A model generated the notes under the pieces. That model worked only from the letters and a program-made list of their open reading frames with translations, was not told the DNA's origin and made no database searches. From positions 18,230 through 80,073 of the forward strand of contig CAZYVH010000003.1 of assembly GCA_964650905.1 (NCBI GenBank): a stretch of 61,844 nucleotides of DNA, written 5' to 3'. Shown here piece after piece: positions 32,323 to 40,724 of this stretch. Position 1 is the stretch's first letter. Each line of letters opens with the position of its first letter. Both the position numbers and the translations under genes were made by a program. This DNA is from an uncultured Wenzhouxiangellaceae bacterium (GTDB lineage Bacteria; Pseudomonadota; Gammaproteobacteria; Xanthomonadales; SZUA-36).

Positions 32323-34308
32323 ATGCCTTTCGCTAAGCGTAAAAGAGCACCTGCCGCAGCCTTGCAAATCTGTCTGGTAATGCTGTCGGTAGTGTCAGCG
32401 GCGATCGTCGCTGGCTGTGCAGGCACCGCGCAGGGTATCGACAGTTCGGTTTATTCCCGTCTCAAAGCCGGGAAAGCGACCAGCCAGACCACGCCCGAGG
32501 CTGCCGCCCTGGTGATCATTCGCTACCCGGCCATGATCCATGATTATGCTGAAAACCTGTATGTCAGTTCTTTTGCGATCAAGGCCATTGGCGGTGAGGT
32601 CACCACCTCGACGGCAAAATCGCAGGCCGCCAGAATTGCACAATCGGTGGTTGAGAAGTCCAGTTATTACGCGATGTCGCTGTACCGTGAATTAAAAGCT
32701 GAGCTGCCCGAAGCTTCTGTGCTGTTATCACCGCATATCATCGCGTGGGATAAGAAACGCCAGTTGTACACACGCCCGATACTTGCAACAGAACAGGTAC
32801 CCAGCGTCCTGACCATCGACTTTAACGTTTATTCCTATCCCGACATCAACAAGATCATGGATTCGCCACCCGTCACGTTTGGCGACCTGGTGACACCGCT
32901 CATCGTTGTGAAAGGCAACCGCTGGATACAGCCAGCCTTAAATGGCCTGTTGATAGCCAGTCCGCCGCTGGCCAGTTCTGCCTGGCGTCAGGCAACCAGG
33001 GACGGTGAACGGCATTTCAATTCACGTCTTGAGGGCAGGGGAGACGATGAGGTTGCTTCACTGGACTTTATCGCTTTTTTGCGTGAGCGTAACAAAAACA
33101 CCCTGCAGATACCCTTCAAAACGGCAATGGCGGGGAGTAGCGGTTCGTTCGCCATCGAACAATACCCCTTGGAAAAAATACAGATGGACGGTGCGGCCAT
33201 TGCAGCCCTGGAAGATGATGGTTCAGTTGATCCATTCGTCAGCGGTTTTGTTAAAGGCGCGAGCAGACGTATCATCGATATGCTCAGTTCGATCGATCAA
33301 GAGCGGGCGACATTTTTTGCCCGTCAGAGGGCCCTGGGCCGTTTTGATCCCGAGCTTGCAAATGTATTTTTTGTGCAGTCCGGGGACGAGAGTGTACGGG
33401 CACGTCTGCAACTTGCCGAGGCCCTCGTGGGTGCCGAGAGGACGTTTCTTGCGGCGCAATCCGACAGTATTTACGAGGGAACCTATGCGGGCAGTTACGG
33501 TTTAAAAATGCGCAAAATTATCGCAGCGGAATACCGCATGCTTGAGCAACGCCGGCACCTGGCACGCAAACAAAATATAACCACGGCGGTCGCGGCCATC
33601 GCCCTGGCCGGTTCGGTATATGGTACTGCCGTGGCATCGACTTCGGCGGGCGCGGCGAGTGTAGCGGCGGTGTCAGGCGCAGCGCTGGGTGGTTCCGTGT
33701 GGGCCATGCACCAGTCGTTTGAGACCAGGACCGAGTCTGAAGAGGTCGGCAAGTATTTCATGGCCCGCATGGCACCCGCTTTTGACCGACAGATGTCTGT
33801 GCAGATGGAATGGCTAGAGTCAAAAGAAGTGATCACGGCAAAGGGCTTCGCCGAATTCAGAAACAAGACCCTGAGTCTGTACCAGTCACGGGTCAGGACC
33901 ATGCGTATCAGTGGTAGCGAACACTGCCGCTTCAAACACCCGGGGTTAAGGCAAACAGGGCGCTGGTATGGGGTGTGTCAACACGGCCTGGCAAGTGGCC
34001 GGGGATACGGATTGATCAGGAACGGGCAGGGCGACAGCGTGGAATACCTTGGTGAGGCCAGAAAAGGGCTGGCATCCGGTACCGGTGGTATGATCATCAG
34101 GAAAGAGGGTCAGTTGGCTGCAAACTATTATGAGGGCTCATTCAAAAATGGCAGGCTCGACGGAACGGTGCGTATCGAAAAACCCGGTTCGCAACCTCAG
34201 TTGCGGCGTTTTAAAGCGGGTGTTGATGCAGGCAGGGGTAATGCAGATCTTTTACAGAGACTGAGCTTTGTCTCAAGCCAGGCAAGTGACCGGTCACTGA
34301 AGCCGTGA
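32323..34308 (+). CDS. Hypothetical lipoprotein with a Gly/Ala-rich hydrophobic segment and C-terminal MORN-like repeats
   Basis: Signal peptide with lipobox IVAGC. A Gly/Ala/Ser-rich hydrophobic stretch is present (ITTAVAAIALAGSVYGTAVASTSAGAASVAAVSGAALGGSVWAM). The C-terminal repeats (YLGEARKGLASGTGGMI, YYEGSFKNGRLDGTVRI) fit the MORN pattern. Confidence 0.5.
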   Translation: MPFAKRKRAPAAALQICLVMLSVVSAAIVAGCAGTAQGIDSSVYSRLKAGKATSQTTPEAAALVIIRYPAMIHDYAENLYVSSFAIKAIGGEVTTSTAKSQAARIAQSVVEKSSYYAMSLYRELKAELPEASVLLSPHIIAWDKKRQLYTRPILATEQVPSVLTIDFNVYSYPDINKIMDSPPVTFGDLVTPLIVVKGNRWIQPALNGLLIASPPLASSAWRQATRDGERHFNSRLEGRGDDEVASLDFIAFLRERNKNTLQIPFKTAMAGSSGSFAIEQYPLEKIQMDGAAIAALEDDGSVDPFVSGFVKGASRRIIDMLSSIDQERATFFARQRALGRFDPELANVFFVQSGDESVRARLQLAEALVGAERTFLAAQSDSIYEGTYAGSYGLKMRKIIAAEYRMLEQRRHLARKQNITTAVAAIALAGSVYGTAVASTSAGAASVAAVSGAALGGSVWAMHQSFETRTESEEVGKYFMARMAPAFDRQMSVQMEWLESKEVITAKGFAEFRNKTLSLYQSRVRTMRISGSEHCRFKHPGLRQTGRWYGVCQHGLASGRGYGLIRNGQGDSVEYLGEARKGLASGTGGMIIRKEGQLAANYYEGSFKNGRLDGTVRIEKPGSQPQLRRFKAGVDAGRGNADLLQRLSFVSSQASDRSLKP

Positions 34309-34315
34309 TTCGTTC

Positions 34316-34566
34316 GCTAACCCGGACATTTCATCAAGGATCCGGGAATTGCGCTGTAGCTGGCAAAACAGTCTGGCCGATCGTTCGAATAAGCATAGCG
34401 GTAGCTATGGTGTGAGAAGGATCGACCGAAATGTGAAGCCAGATGCTGTGCAAAACCGGATAGGACAAACTGTCTTTTTTGAAAAATACTACAAACATGC
34501 ATAATCATTTGTTTTCATGAAAATTTATCATTTTATCGTCCGCCTTGGTGAAATGTCCGGGCTAAC
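34316..34566. repeat. MITE-like element, copy C, with 24-nt imperfect terminal inverted repeats
   Basis: The left end is gctaacccggacatttcatcaagg (34316-34339). The right end is ccttggtgaaatgtccgggctaac (34543-34566). They match as inverted repeats at 21/24 positions by hand. The interior is AT-rich, and the right-end sequence also ends copy A (10321-10340). Confidence 0.5.
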
Positions 34567-35326
34567 TACCATGGTCTTTGTTGCCGGCGTGTTGCTGACG
34601 CCGCTGTTGTGCGCCGGTAGCATCAATTTCGTAACAATCGAGACGCTTCCACCCGGTGAACAATACCGGCAACTCAGTCTGGTGCTGATGGTTGCCGCCG
34701 GGGCAGACCCGGCATTGGTTGACAGCCTGCTGCATGAATCCTCACAAAAAGAAGCGGATCAAGACTCAAGCTTTGACCCCGATGTCTATAAAACACCGCT
34801 CACCCGCATTGTCGACCAGCAAACAATGTTGAGCGGTGCAGCAAGGTTGTTGCGCTTTGCCAATCGCTCCCAGAAAGAGATTCGCGCCAAGCTGAGCGCC
34901 ATCGAAGTTGCAAACCCGGTCCTTATCAGTATGCTGGACGGCCAGGCGGTCAGCGAAGATGCAATCATCATCCGCAATGCAATCGCTGACAGCATCAGTT
35001 ACGCCGGTCTGGAAGCTAAAACACTTGCCCATTTACTGGAGGCTTACAGGACACGCACACTGCGTCTTCGAAACGAAATGGAGTTTGCCAGTTTTAGTGC
35101 GGAACTTGACCGCATCACCGCCGAATCCATCCGCGCCGTCGGTGGTCAGTCGGATGCTTACCAGCGTATGTTTGATGACGAGGTGGTTGCCAAGGGTTTT
35201 AAACGGCAAATCGAGACGGCGGATTATATTTACAAGCGCGATAAGGCGTTTGATAAACACGCCGCCGAGATGACCGAGGAAATCATCAAGAATGTGGTTG
35301 AGTCGCAAAGCGAAGTTAATCACTAA
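34517..35326 (+). CDS. Hypothetical protein (start uncertain: 34517, 34553 or 34571)
   Basis: The ORF is 269 aa and predicted mostly helical. Its 5-prime end lies inside repeat copy C. A hydrophobic N-terminal segment is present (MVFVAGVLLTPLLCAGS). No family was recognised. Confidence 0.4.
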   Translation: MKIYHFIVRLGEMSGLTTMVFVAGVLLTPLLCAGSINFVTIETLPPGEQYRQLSLVLMVAAGADPALVDSLLHESSQKEADQDSSFDPDVYKTPLTRIVDQQTMLSGAARLLRFANRSQKEIRAKLSAIEVANPVLISMLDGQAVSEDAIIIRNAIADSISYAGLEAKTLAHLLEAYRTRTLRLRNEMEFASFSAELDRITAESIRAVGGQSDAYQRMFDDEVVAKGFKRQIETADYIYKRDKAFDKHAAEMTEEIIKNVVESQSEVNH

Positions 35327-35562
35327 GTAGGACAAACATTGATGTCCGCCGGTCGGTGGAATCATCATGCACTGACACAACGGCTTGTGAGGGGGTGCCG
35401 GTGGCGGTGTCCGGGACCGTAATCCGTAGGGAACGGATTCCGAACGCCCATGGATGGCTAGTGTACTGCATCGTACACTAAAGTGTGTCCCGGAGACCGC
35501 TTCCGGTACCCCCGCCGAGCACACTCGCAGGCGTAATCAACGTTGCTGGAATTCACAGTTAG
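35327..35562. repeat. Structured intergenic repeat, copy B (MITE/ERIC-like)
   Basis: It fills the gap between two convergent stops (35324-35326 and 35559-35561). It contains several 7-bp hairpins (aatccgt/acggatt, agtgtac/gtacact). It also contains the 64-nt core shared with copy A (35482-35545) and a terminal 25-mer that is an exact inverted copy of 10149-10173. Confidence 0.5.
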
Positions 35563-36821
35563 CCGTCACCGTCTCCATCGGGCGGCTTGTCGGGTGACCC
35601 AGTGTCGGGTGTATTGCTGGCGGAACTGGCGGGTACACTGACACCCCGGGCATTGACCAGGTCCTTGATCGAAAGCGTATCCTTTGACCTGACCCTAAAC
35701 TCGCTGGAATCCTTTACTGTCTGCTGTTCAGATGACTCATGCTCCCGGGCAGTGGAAGACGAAGCTTGCTGCTCGGATGATTCGCTTTCCTGGGCTGTGG
35801 AAGATGAAACCTGCTGCTCAGATGATTCGCTTTCCTGGGCTGCGGCGGGCGAGGCCTGCTGCTCAGATGATTCGTTTTCCCGGGCTTCGTGTGATGAAGT
35901 CTGCTGGCTGGCTGATTGAGCTTGCTGTGTTGCAGACGATACTGCCTGCTGGTTGGCTGATTGGGCTTGCTGTGCTGCTGAAGATGTTGCCTGTTGGCTG
36001 GTCGATTGGGCAGCTTGTACCTTTGAGGAGGTGGCTTGCGGGTTGTTTGACGGCCTGTTTTGCGTCTCGCCCGGTGCCGCACCAGACGCACCCGCCATTC
36101 GGTTTTTCTGCAGGAACTGAAGCGCGCTCTGGGATGTACCGGCGGTGCTGGGCTCATCGGATTCATGGGCCGATGGCGAATAGCTGTCGTCTGCGTCCTG
36201 CTGCATGTCATTTTGCCCATCCTGTTGTGAGGATTGTTGCGCGACTGTTTGTGACTGCTTGGCGCCTTTTTGTCCAATTTGACCAGACACGGCGTCACCC
36301 GTTGGTGATGCCTGTCCTTTTTCACCAGCTTTTGCAGCCCGATCATTTGCGGCGTTGGCACGGGCGTAGTTTTCCGCTTCCCTTTGGTTGTATTTTTCCA
36401 GCAGTTCATCCCAGGCCGCCGCTTCCTGATTCTGTAAAGGACGATTATTGAGCGCTGCTTCGCTGGGTACGTACGGGTGTTTGATCCTGGCGTCCGAGGG
36501 GACCCACTGGTCACTCTCAAGGATTATCTCCCGCAACTGATTGCGCAGGTGTTTTTGTGACGCCTGGGGCAAGGCTTCAATTTTTTGCGGACCCGTTGGG
36601 GCCTCATAGGCAGCCAAGGGTAGTGTACTTCTTTTGATCCGGTCGTCTTTCAGTTCCATAAAGCGCCGGTAATTATCCTCGCTGATTTCCACTTCCTGGC
36701 CTGTTTTCTGCGTGTCCTCATACGCCGGGTCTTCAGCGTCCTGGGCAAAAACCGGGGTAAAAAGTTCAGACGCAGCAAAAACAAGCAATGTCGTGAATAC
36801 GATTCTTCTCGTCATGCTCAT
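35559..36821 (-). CDS. Secreted or anchored Ser/Glu/Gln-rich low-complexity repeat protein
   Basis: The probable start is ATG 36821 (MSMTRRIVFTTLLVFAASELFTPVFAQD), 4 nt after the kinase stop. The C-terminal half is built from 15-aa repeats (AQESESSEQQxSSST and QQAxSSAxQQAQSAx). It is the last gene of the minus-strand operon. Confidence 0.6.
   Translation of the reverse strand: MSMTRRIVFTTLLVFAASELFTPVFAQDAEDPAYEDTQKTGQEVEISEDNYRRFMELKDDRIKRSTLPLAAYEAPTGPQKIEALPQASQKHLRNQLREIILESDQWVPSDARIKHPYVPSEAALNNRPLQNQEAAAWDELLEKYNQREAENYARANAANDRAAKAGEKGQASPTGDAVSGQIGQKGAKQSQTVAQQSSQQDGQNDMQQDADDSYSPSAHESDEPSTAGTSQSALQFLQKNRMAGASGAAPGETQNRPSNNPQATSSKVQAAQSTSQQATSSAAQQAQSANQQAVSSATQQAQSASQQTSSHEARENESSEQQASPAAAQESESSEQQVSSSTAQESESSEQQASSSTAREHESSEQQTVKDSSEFRVRSKDTLSIKDLVNARGVSVPASSASNTPDTGSPDKPPDGDGDG
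35706..36020 (-). repeat. In-frame 45-nt tandem repeats inside the Ser/Glu/Gln-rich gene
   Basis: Units at 35751-35795, 35796-35840 and 35841-35885 are near-identical. More diverged 45-nt units extend on both sides. They generate long shadow ORFs in other frames. Confidence 0.7.
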
Positions 36822-36825
36822 TAGC

Positions 36826-39249
36826 TTACTCCCTGATCGACCTGACGACACGAAAACCGGTAAAATCATTACGGTCGCCATTTTTCAGGTTAAAACGGGC
36901 CGGTAACCGTATGTCACGTGTTCCGGTCAACCATGAACCGCCACGCGTCATGTGCGAACTGCACAACCCCTGGCCCCAGGCCTTGCCATCTGAAGGCGCG
37001 TCGAGATAGGAGAGGTTCATACAATCAGCCGTCCATTCGGCGACATTACCGATGACATCGTAAAGACCAAAAGCATTGGCCATAAAGGTGCCGACCAGCG
37101 CCGTTCCAACTGCCAAGGTGTCAGCACAGGCGGCGTGTTGCCAGCGGAAGCTGGTCTCACTCCCGGCAATGTTGGCGAAGCGGCACAGACCGGCCGGGGT
37201 TCCGCCCAGCCATTCCCCGGTCTCCCCGGCTCGCGCGAAATATTCCCACTCACTTTCACTCGGAAGACGGTAACTTTGACCGGTTTTATCACTCAGCCAG
37301 CGCACGTACTCACCGGCGTCATTCCAGGAAACCATGATCACCGGGTGTTGGCCTCGACCCCAGCCATTGTCGTCGGGCCGGGTTGTGCAGCCCCCGGCGT
37401 CAACACAGGCGTCCCATTCTTGTAGTGTGACCTCGAAGATAGCGACTGCGAACGGTGCATTGATACTGATCATACGACGGGGTTTTTCCAGACCGAGCGC
37501 CAGCGGGGAGGATTCTGCAGAACCCTGCCAGTAACTGCCACTGGGAACCACGATCATTTGTGGGCACGTGTTGCAGTCACTGAAAGATTTACCCGGTCTT
37601 AATGTCAGCTGGTCGAGATGTTGCAGGGCGGAGCTGACACTAGACCCCCTCGGAAAGGCATCAACATACGCCTGATAAGCAGCCTTTGTGTCCAGCTTTA
37701 GTGCGCTGGCAAAAGCATTTGCGTCATCACGCTGGTCCTTGAGAAGGCGGTGGATGCGTCCGGCTTCCTCGATGTGCTGACCGGCCGGCCAGGCATGGAT
37801 GTAATTATCCAGCGATGCCAGCGTACGCTTGTCAATCGCCGCCTGCCAGGCATCCTGCTCCTGGCGGATTTTTGCCAAACGCTCTCGTTCCTGTTTCGCC
37901 TCTCTCTTTTTGAGTGCATCGATGTGCTGCATGGCCTCGCTCTGGTGCAGTCCATTGGGGAATTGATCGAGGTAATCTTCAAAAGCGGCTACCGTGCCTT
38001 CGGTATTTAATTCCTGCCAGGTCTTATCATCAAGCACCTCCAGTTGAACCCGGGCCTGTGCGACATAGACCGACGCCGGAAAATCCTGCATGAAACGCCG
38101 GTACGACAAGGTTGTGTCGGCCTCCAGCGCGGCATGCCAGCGGCTGGTCTCCTCCACAGCAGGTCTGGCGGTGGCTGACGGAATACTTTCCGTATTCTCG
38201 GGCGTCGGCGACAGCGCAGCACCCGGGGGGCTCTTTTCTGTCAGCAAAAATAGAGCAATAGTGACCATGACCAGAAGCAACACCCCGAGTAACACACGCG
38301 GCAACCATTCCTTGCCTTCGCGCGGATCGCTGGCAATGGATTTGCCACCCGGCACCGAGCGCCGCCAGTCGAGGCTCTTGAATGTTTTCTGCCATTGCCT
38401 GACGTCCATCGGCCTGTCCTGCGGCAGCAGATACAGGCCCTGCCCGATGACAGTGGCAATGCTTGCAAATCGAGTGTCTGTCAACAATTCGCCAGGCGCT
38501 ATCAACGGGTCCGCCTCGCCGGCGTCGAGTGCTTTTTGCCGGGCGCTTGCCGGTGGTGGAATTTTCCCGCTCACGCAGCGGTAGAGGGTGGCTGCCAGAC
38601 CATAAATATCCGTCCACGGACCAATACGCCCATCGACCGCGGATTGCTCCAGTGCTGCGTAACCCTCGCTGCCCCGCGGAAAGCGCTCAGATCGATCGAG
38701 CGGTGAGGCGGCGATACCGAAATCCAGCAGAATGGGGCCGTGCTCGTCGCCCATGTAGATGTTGGCGGGCTTGATGTCCTGGTGGATGATCCCGTGCTCG
38801 TGGATGTAGGTGAGTCCGTCCATCATTGCCAGCATCAGGCTGCTTGTTTGCTTAGGGTCCAGGATGTCCGTGGTTTGCAGGATTTCGCTCAGGGGCTTGC
38901 CGGGGTAATAGGGCATCAGGAAGTAAGCGGTGCCATTGGCTTCAAAATAGCGAAGTATCCTGACGATATTGGGATGCTCCAGTTCAGCCAGCAGGCGGCC
39001 TTCGGTCAGAAAACGTTCAAGACCCTCTTTAAATGACTTCCCGGATGCCGGGTTCCGGGCAGACAGCGTTCCGTCACCGCGCCGGGAAACGTGCTTAGCC
39101 GGCAGGTATTCCTTGAGTGCAAACTGTGTTCCGATCGCAGTATCTGATACCTGGTAGGTGACACCGTTTGCGCCGCTGCCGAGCACGGCATTGACCTGCA
39201 GGTCGCGTATGAATGCCCCGGGCGGCAAGGAGGAAGGTATTGTACTCAC
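36826..39249 (-). CDS. Ser/Thr protein kinase, TM, four helical repeats, FGE-sulfatase-like domain
   Basis: The GTG start forms a GTGA overlap with the upstream stop. Hanks kinase motifs are GSGANG, FALKEY, HQDIKPAN, DFG and a YAALE segment at the position where an APE-type motif is expected. The TM helix is VLLGVLLLVMVTIALFLL. Four xYxxYxxxFPxGxxxxxAxxxL repeats follow. The C-terminal FGE-sulfatase pattern includes WEYFARAG, YDVIGNVAEWT, RGGSW and FRVVRS. Confidence 0.85.
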   Translation of the reverse strand: MSTIPSSLPPGAFIRDLQVNAVLGSGANGVTYQVSDTAIGTQFALKEYLPAKHVSRRGDGTLSARNPASGKSFKEGLERFLTEGRLLAELEHPNIVRILRYFEANGTAYFLMPYYPGKPLSEILQTTDILDPKQTSSLMLAMMDGLTYIHEHGIIHQDIKPANIYMGDEHGPILLDFGIAASPLDRSERFPRGSEGYAALEQSAVDGRIGPWTDIYGLAATLYRCVSGKIPPPASARQKALDAGEADPLIAPGELLTDTRFASIATVIGQGLYLLPQDRPMDVRQWQKTFKSLDWRRSVPGGKSIASDPREGKEWLPRVLLGVLLLVMVTIALFLLTEKSPPGAALSPTPENTESIPSATARPAVEETSRWHAALEADTTLSYRRFMQDFPASVYVAQARVQLEVLDDKTWQELNTEGTVAAFEDYLDQFPNGLHQSEAMQHIDALKKREAKQERERLAKIRQEQDAWQAAIDKRTLASLDNYIHAWPAGQHIEEAGRIHRLLKDQRDDANAFASALKLDTKAAYQAYVDAFPRGSSVSSALQHLDQLTLRPGKSFSDCNTCPQMIVVPSGSYWQGSAESSPLALGLEKPRRMISINAPFAVAIFEVTLQEWDACVDAGGCTTRPDDNGWGRGQHPVIMVSWNDAGEYVRWLSDKTGQSYRLPSESEWEYFARAGETGEWLGGTPAGLCRFANIAGSETSFRWQHAACADTLAVGTALVGTFMANAFGLYDVIGNVAEWTADCMNLSYLDAPSDGKAWGQGLCSSHMTRGGSWLTGTRDIRLPARFNLKNGDRNDFTGFRVVRSIRE

Positions 39250-40724
39250 TCCTCTACCCCTGGTTTCATATGTATCCTCAGCCGAATGAGCACATCCCCC
39301 AGCAGGATTTCATCGTCCGGCGAGACAAACAGGATTTCGCCGGGCAGACAGGGGATCGTGCTGATAAATGTGCCGTTACTGGATCCCAGATCGGTAAGTG
39401 TCAGTGTCCCCGGCCGACCTTGCAAACGCGCGTGCGCACGGCTGATTGCAGCCGACTGCAGCCTGAGACCGGCTTCACCCCTGCCAATAACAACATCGAT
39501 GGGTCCGGCTTCAATACCGCAGTAACGTTGCACCGCTTCTCCGTTGGCCAATATCCCTTCGAGCAGGAGCATACCGGAGTACACGGCTGGCAGATCCTCG
39601 ATGGCGGGTATTTCGGGTTCATCAAATGACGCAGTGGACACACGAGGGTGGGAGATTGCCGGGCTGGTGGCAAGCTCCGTGGTAGCGGGTTCCTCGGTGT
39701 GCGTATGGCCGTCTTGTATCAATGTGGGCGTGCTCACCATCTTAGGTCTGAGCCACCAGATGACGAAGGCCAGTATCGGTATTAAGCCCAACAGCAGCCA
39801 GACGGGGTCCTCATTGTTGCTTCCCGGGGCGGCTTGCCGAGCGGCGCTGCCCACCGGTTTGTGGCTGTCTTGAGTTGGCACCTCCTCAGTTGATCCACCT
39901 TGACTTGACCCTGCGATGGGCCGCTCCGGCAGCGCCTCAACACCAGAATCTGCAGGCCCGCTTTGATCAACCATTACCTTTGCATGTTCAGCTTGCTGGC
40001 TGATTTTTGGGGCGGTAACGGTTTCCTTGAGGTTGCTTTGTTCGGGGCTGCCGCAGATGCTATGCTCATAATCGATGTTCATATCGTCAAGCACACGGGC
40101 GATTTTTTTTGCATCGAGTAGGCCGATTGCAAGCTCGCCTTGCTGGTCATCCATCGTCGTCCCGGGTCTGAACCCCGCCAGGTAACCGCAACGGTCAAAC
40201 AGTGCCCCATTGACGGCGGGTAATGGCGTTTCTTTGGATAGAGGTGTCGATCCGGACCCGTCGCCGCTGGTGAACCGGGCTGGTAACCACAGGGGCGCTG
40301 TGCCCTTTGCAATCTTTTCAGCTGCTGGAAAGGCCGCGAAACGCAGCGTGTCTTCCAGCACGGCACCATTGTCTGCAAGTACGACAGCGGGTCGTTGTAA
40401 ACCTTTGACCATCAGGACCGCCAGACCATCGGTGCTAGAACGACGGATGGTTTTTGCCGGGCGGCCGTTGCGGATGATGTCAGTGCCACCATCGAGGACC
40501 ACGATCTCATCACCCTGCGCGACAAAATCAGCGGGCACCATGACCATGCCATCAGCGGAGATCACCACCCCGGTGGCAGGTTTGACAAAATCGTGCGCTA
40601 CCAGTTTGAGTACCAGTACCACCGATGCGGGCATCTGTGCCATGCACGGCGGGGCCAAAAGCAGGCAGATACAGCACAAAAACACGCCGCAATGGTCCGG
40701 TCTGCGCCAGGGTACAGCGTGCAT
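39246..40724 (-). CDS. Exported trypsin-like (degenerate) domain, TM, cytoplasmic FHA domain protein
   Basis: The signal-like N-terminus is VFLCCICLLLAPPCMAQ. A Trypsin_2-like pattern is present (ATGVVISADGMVMVPADFV, DGLAVLMVKG, AVNGALFDRCGYLAGF). The TM helix is VWLLLGLIPILAFVIWWL. The C-terminal FHA motifs are IGRG..., ISRAHARL and SSNGTFI. Its start overlaps the upstream stop (TGATG). Confidence 0.7.
   Translation of the reverse strand: MHAVPWRRPDHCGVFLCCICLLLAPPCMAQMPASVVLVLKLVAHDFVKPATGVVISADGMVMVPADFVAQGDEIVVLDGGTDIIRNGRPAKTIRRSSTDGLAVLMVKGLQRPAVVLADNGAVLEDTLRFAAFPAAEKIAKGTAPLWLPARFTSGDGSGSTPLSKETPLPAVNGALFDRCGYLAGFRPGTTMDDQQGELAIGLLDAKKIARVLDDMNIDYEHSICGSPEQSNLKETVTAPKISQQAEHAKVMVDQSGPADSGVEALPERPIAGSSQGGSTEEVPTQDSHKPVGSAARQAAPGSNNEDPVWLLLGLIPILAFVIWWLRPKMVSTPTLIQDGHTHTEEPATTELATSPAISHPRVSTASFDEPEIPAIEDLPAVYSGMLLLEGILANGEAVQRYCGIEAGPIDVVIGRGEAGLRLQSAAISRAHARLQGRPGTLTLTDLGSSNGTFISTIPCLPGEILFVSPDDEILLGDVLIRLRIHMKPGVEE

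Noticed and set aside
34317-34508. A 63-aa minus-strand ORF inside repeat copy C.
   Set aside because: It lies entirely within the MITE-like element and ends in its terminal inverted repeat. It has no ribosome-binding site and no recognisable family.
35706-36020. Tandem direct repeats that might be taken for a CRISPR-like array.
   Set aside because: The units are contiguous 45-nt in-frame coding repeats with no unique spacers, and no cas genes are present.
35714-36520. A 268-aa same-strand alternative-frame ORF and a 239-aa antisense ORF (35732-36451) over the Ser/Glu/Gln-rich gene.
   Set aside because: They are artefacts of the 45-nt tandem repeats, which stay open in several frames. Only the chosen frame has a signal peptide and abuts the upstream stop.
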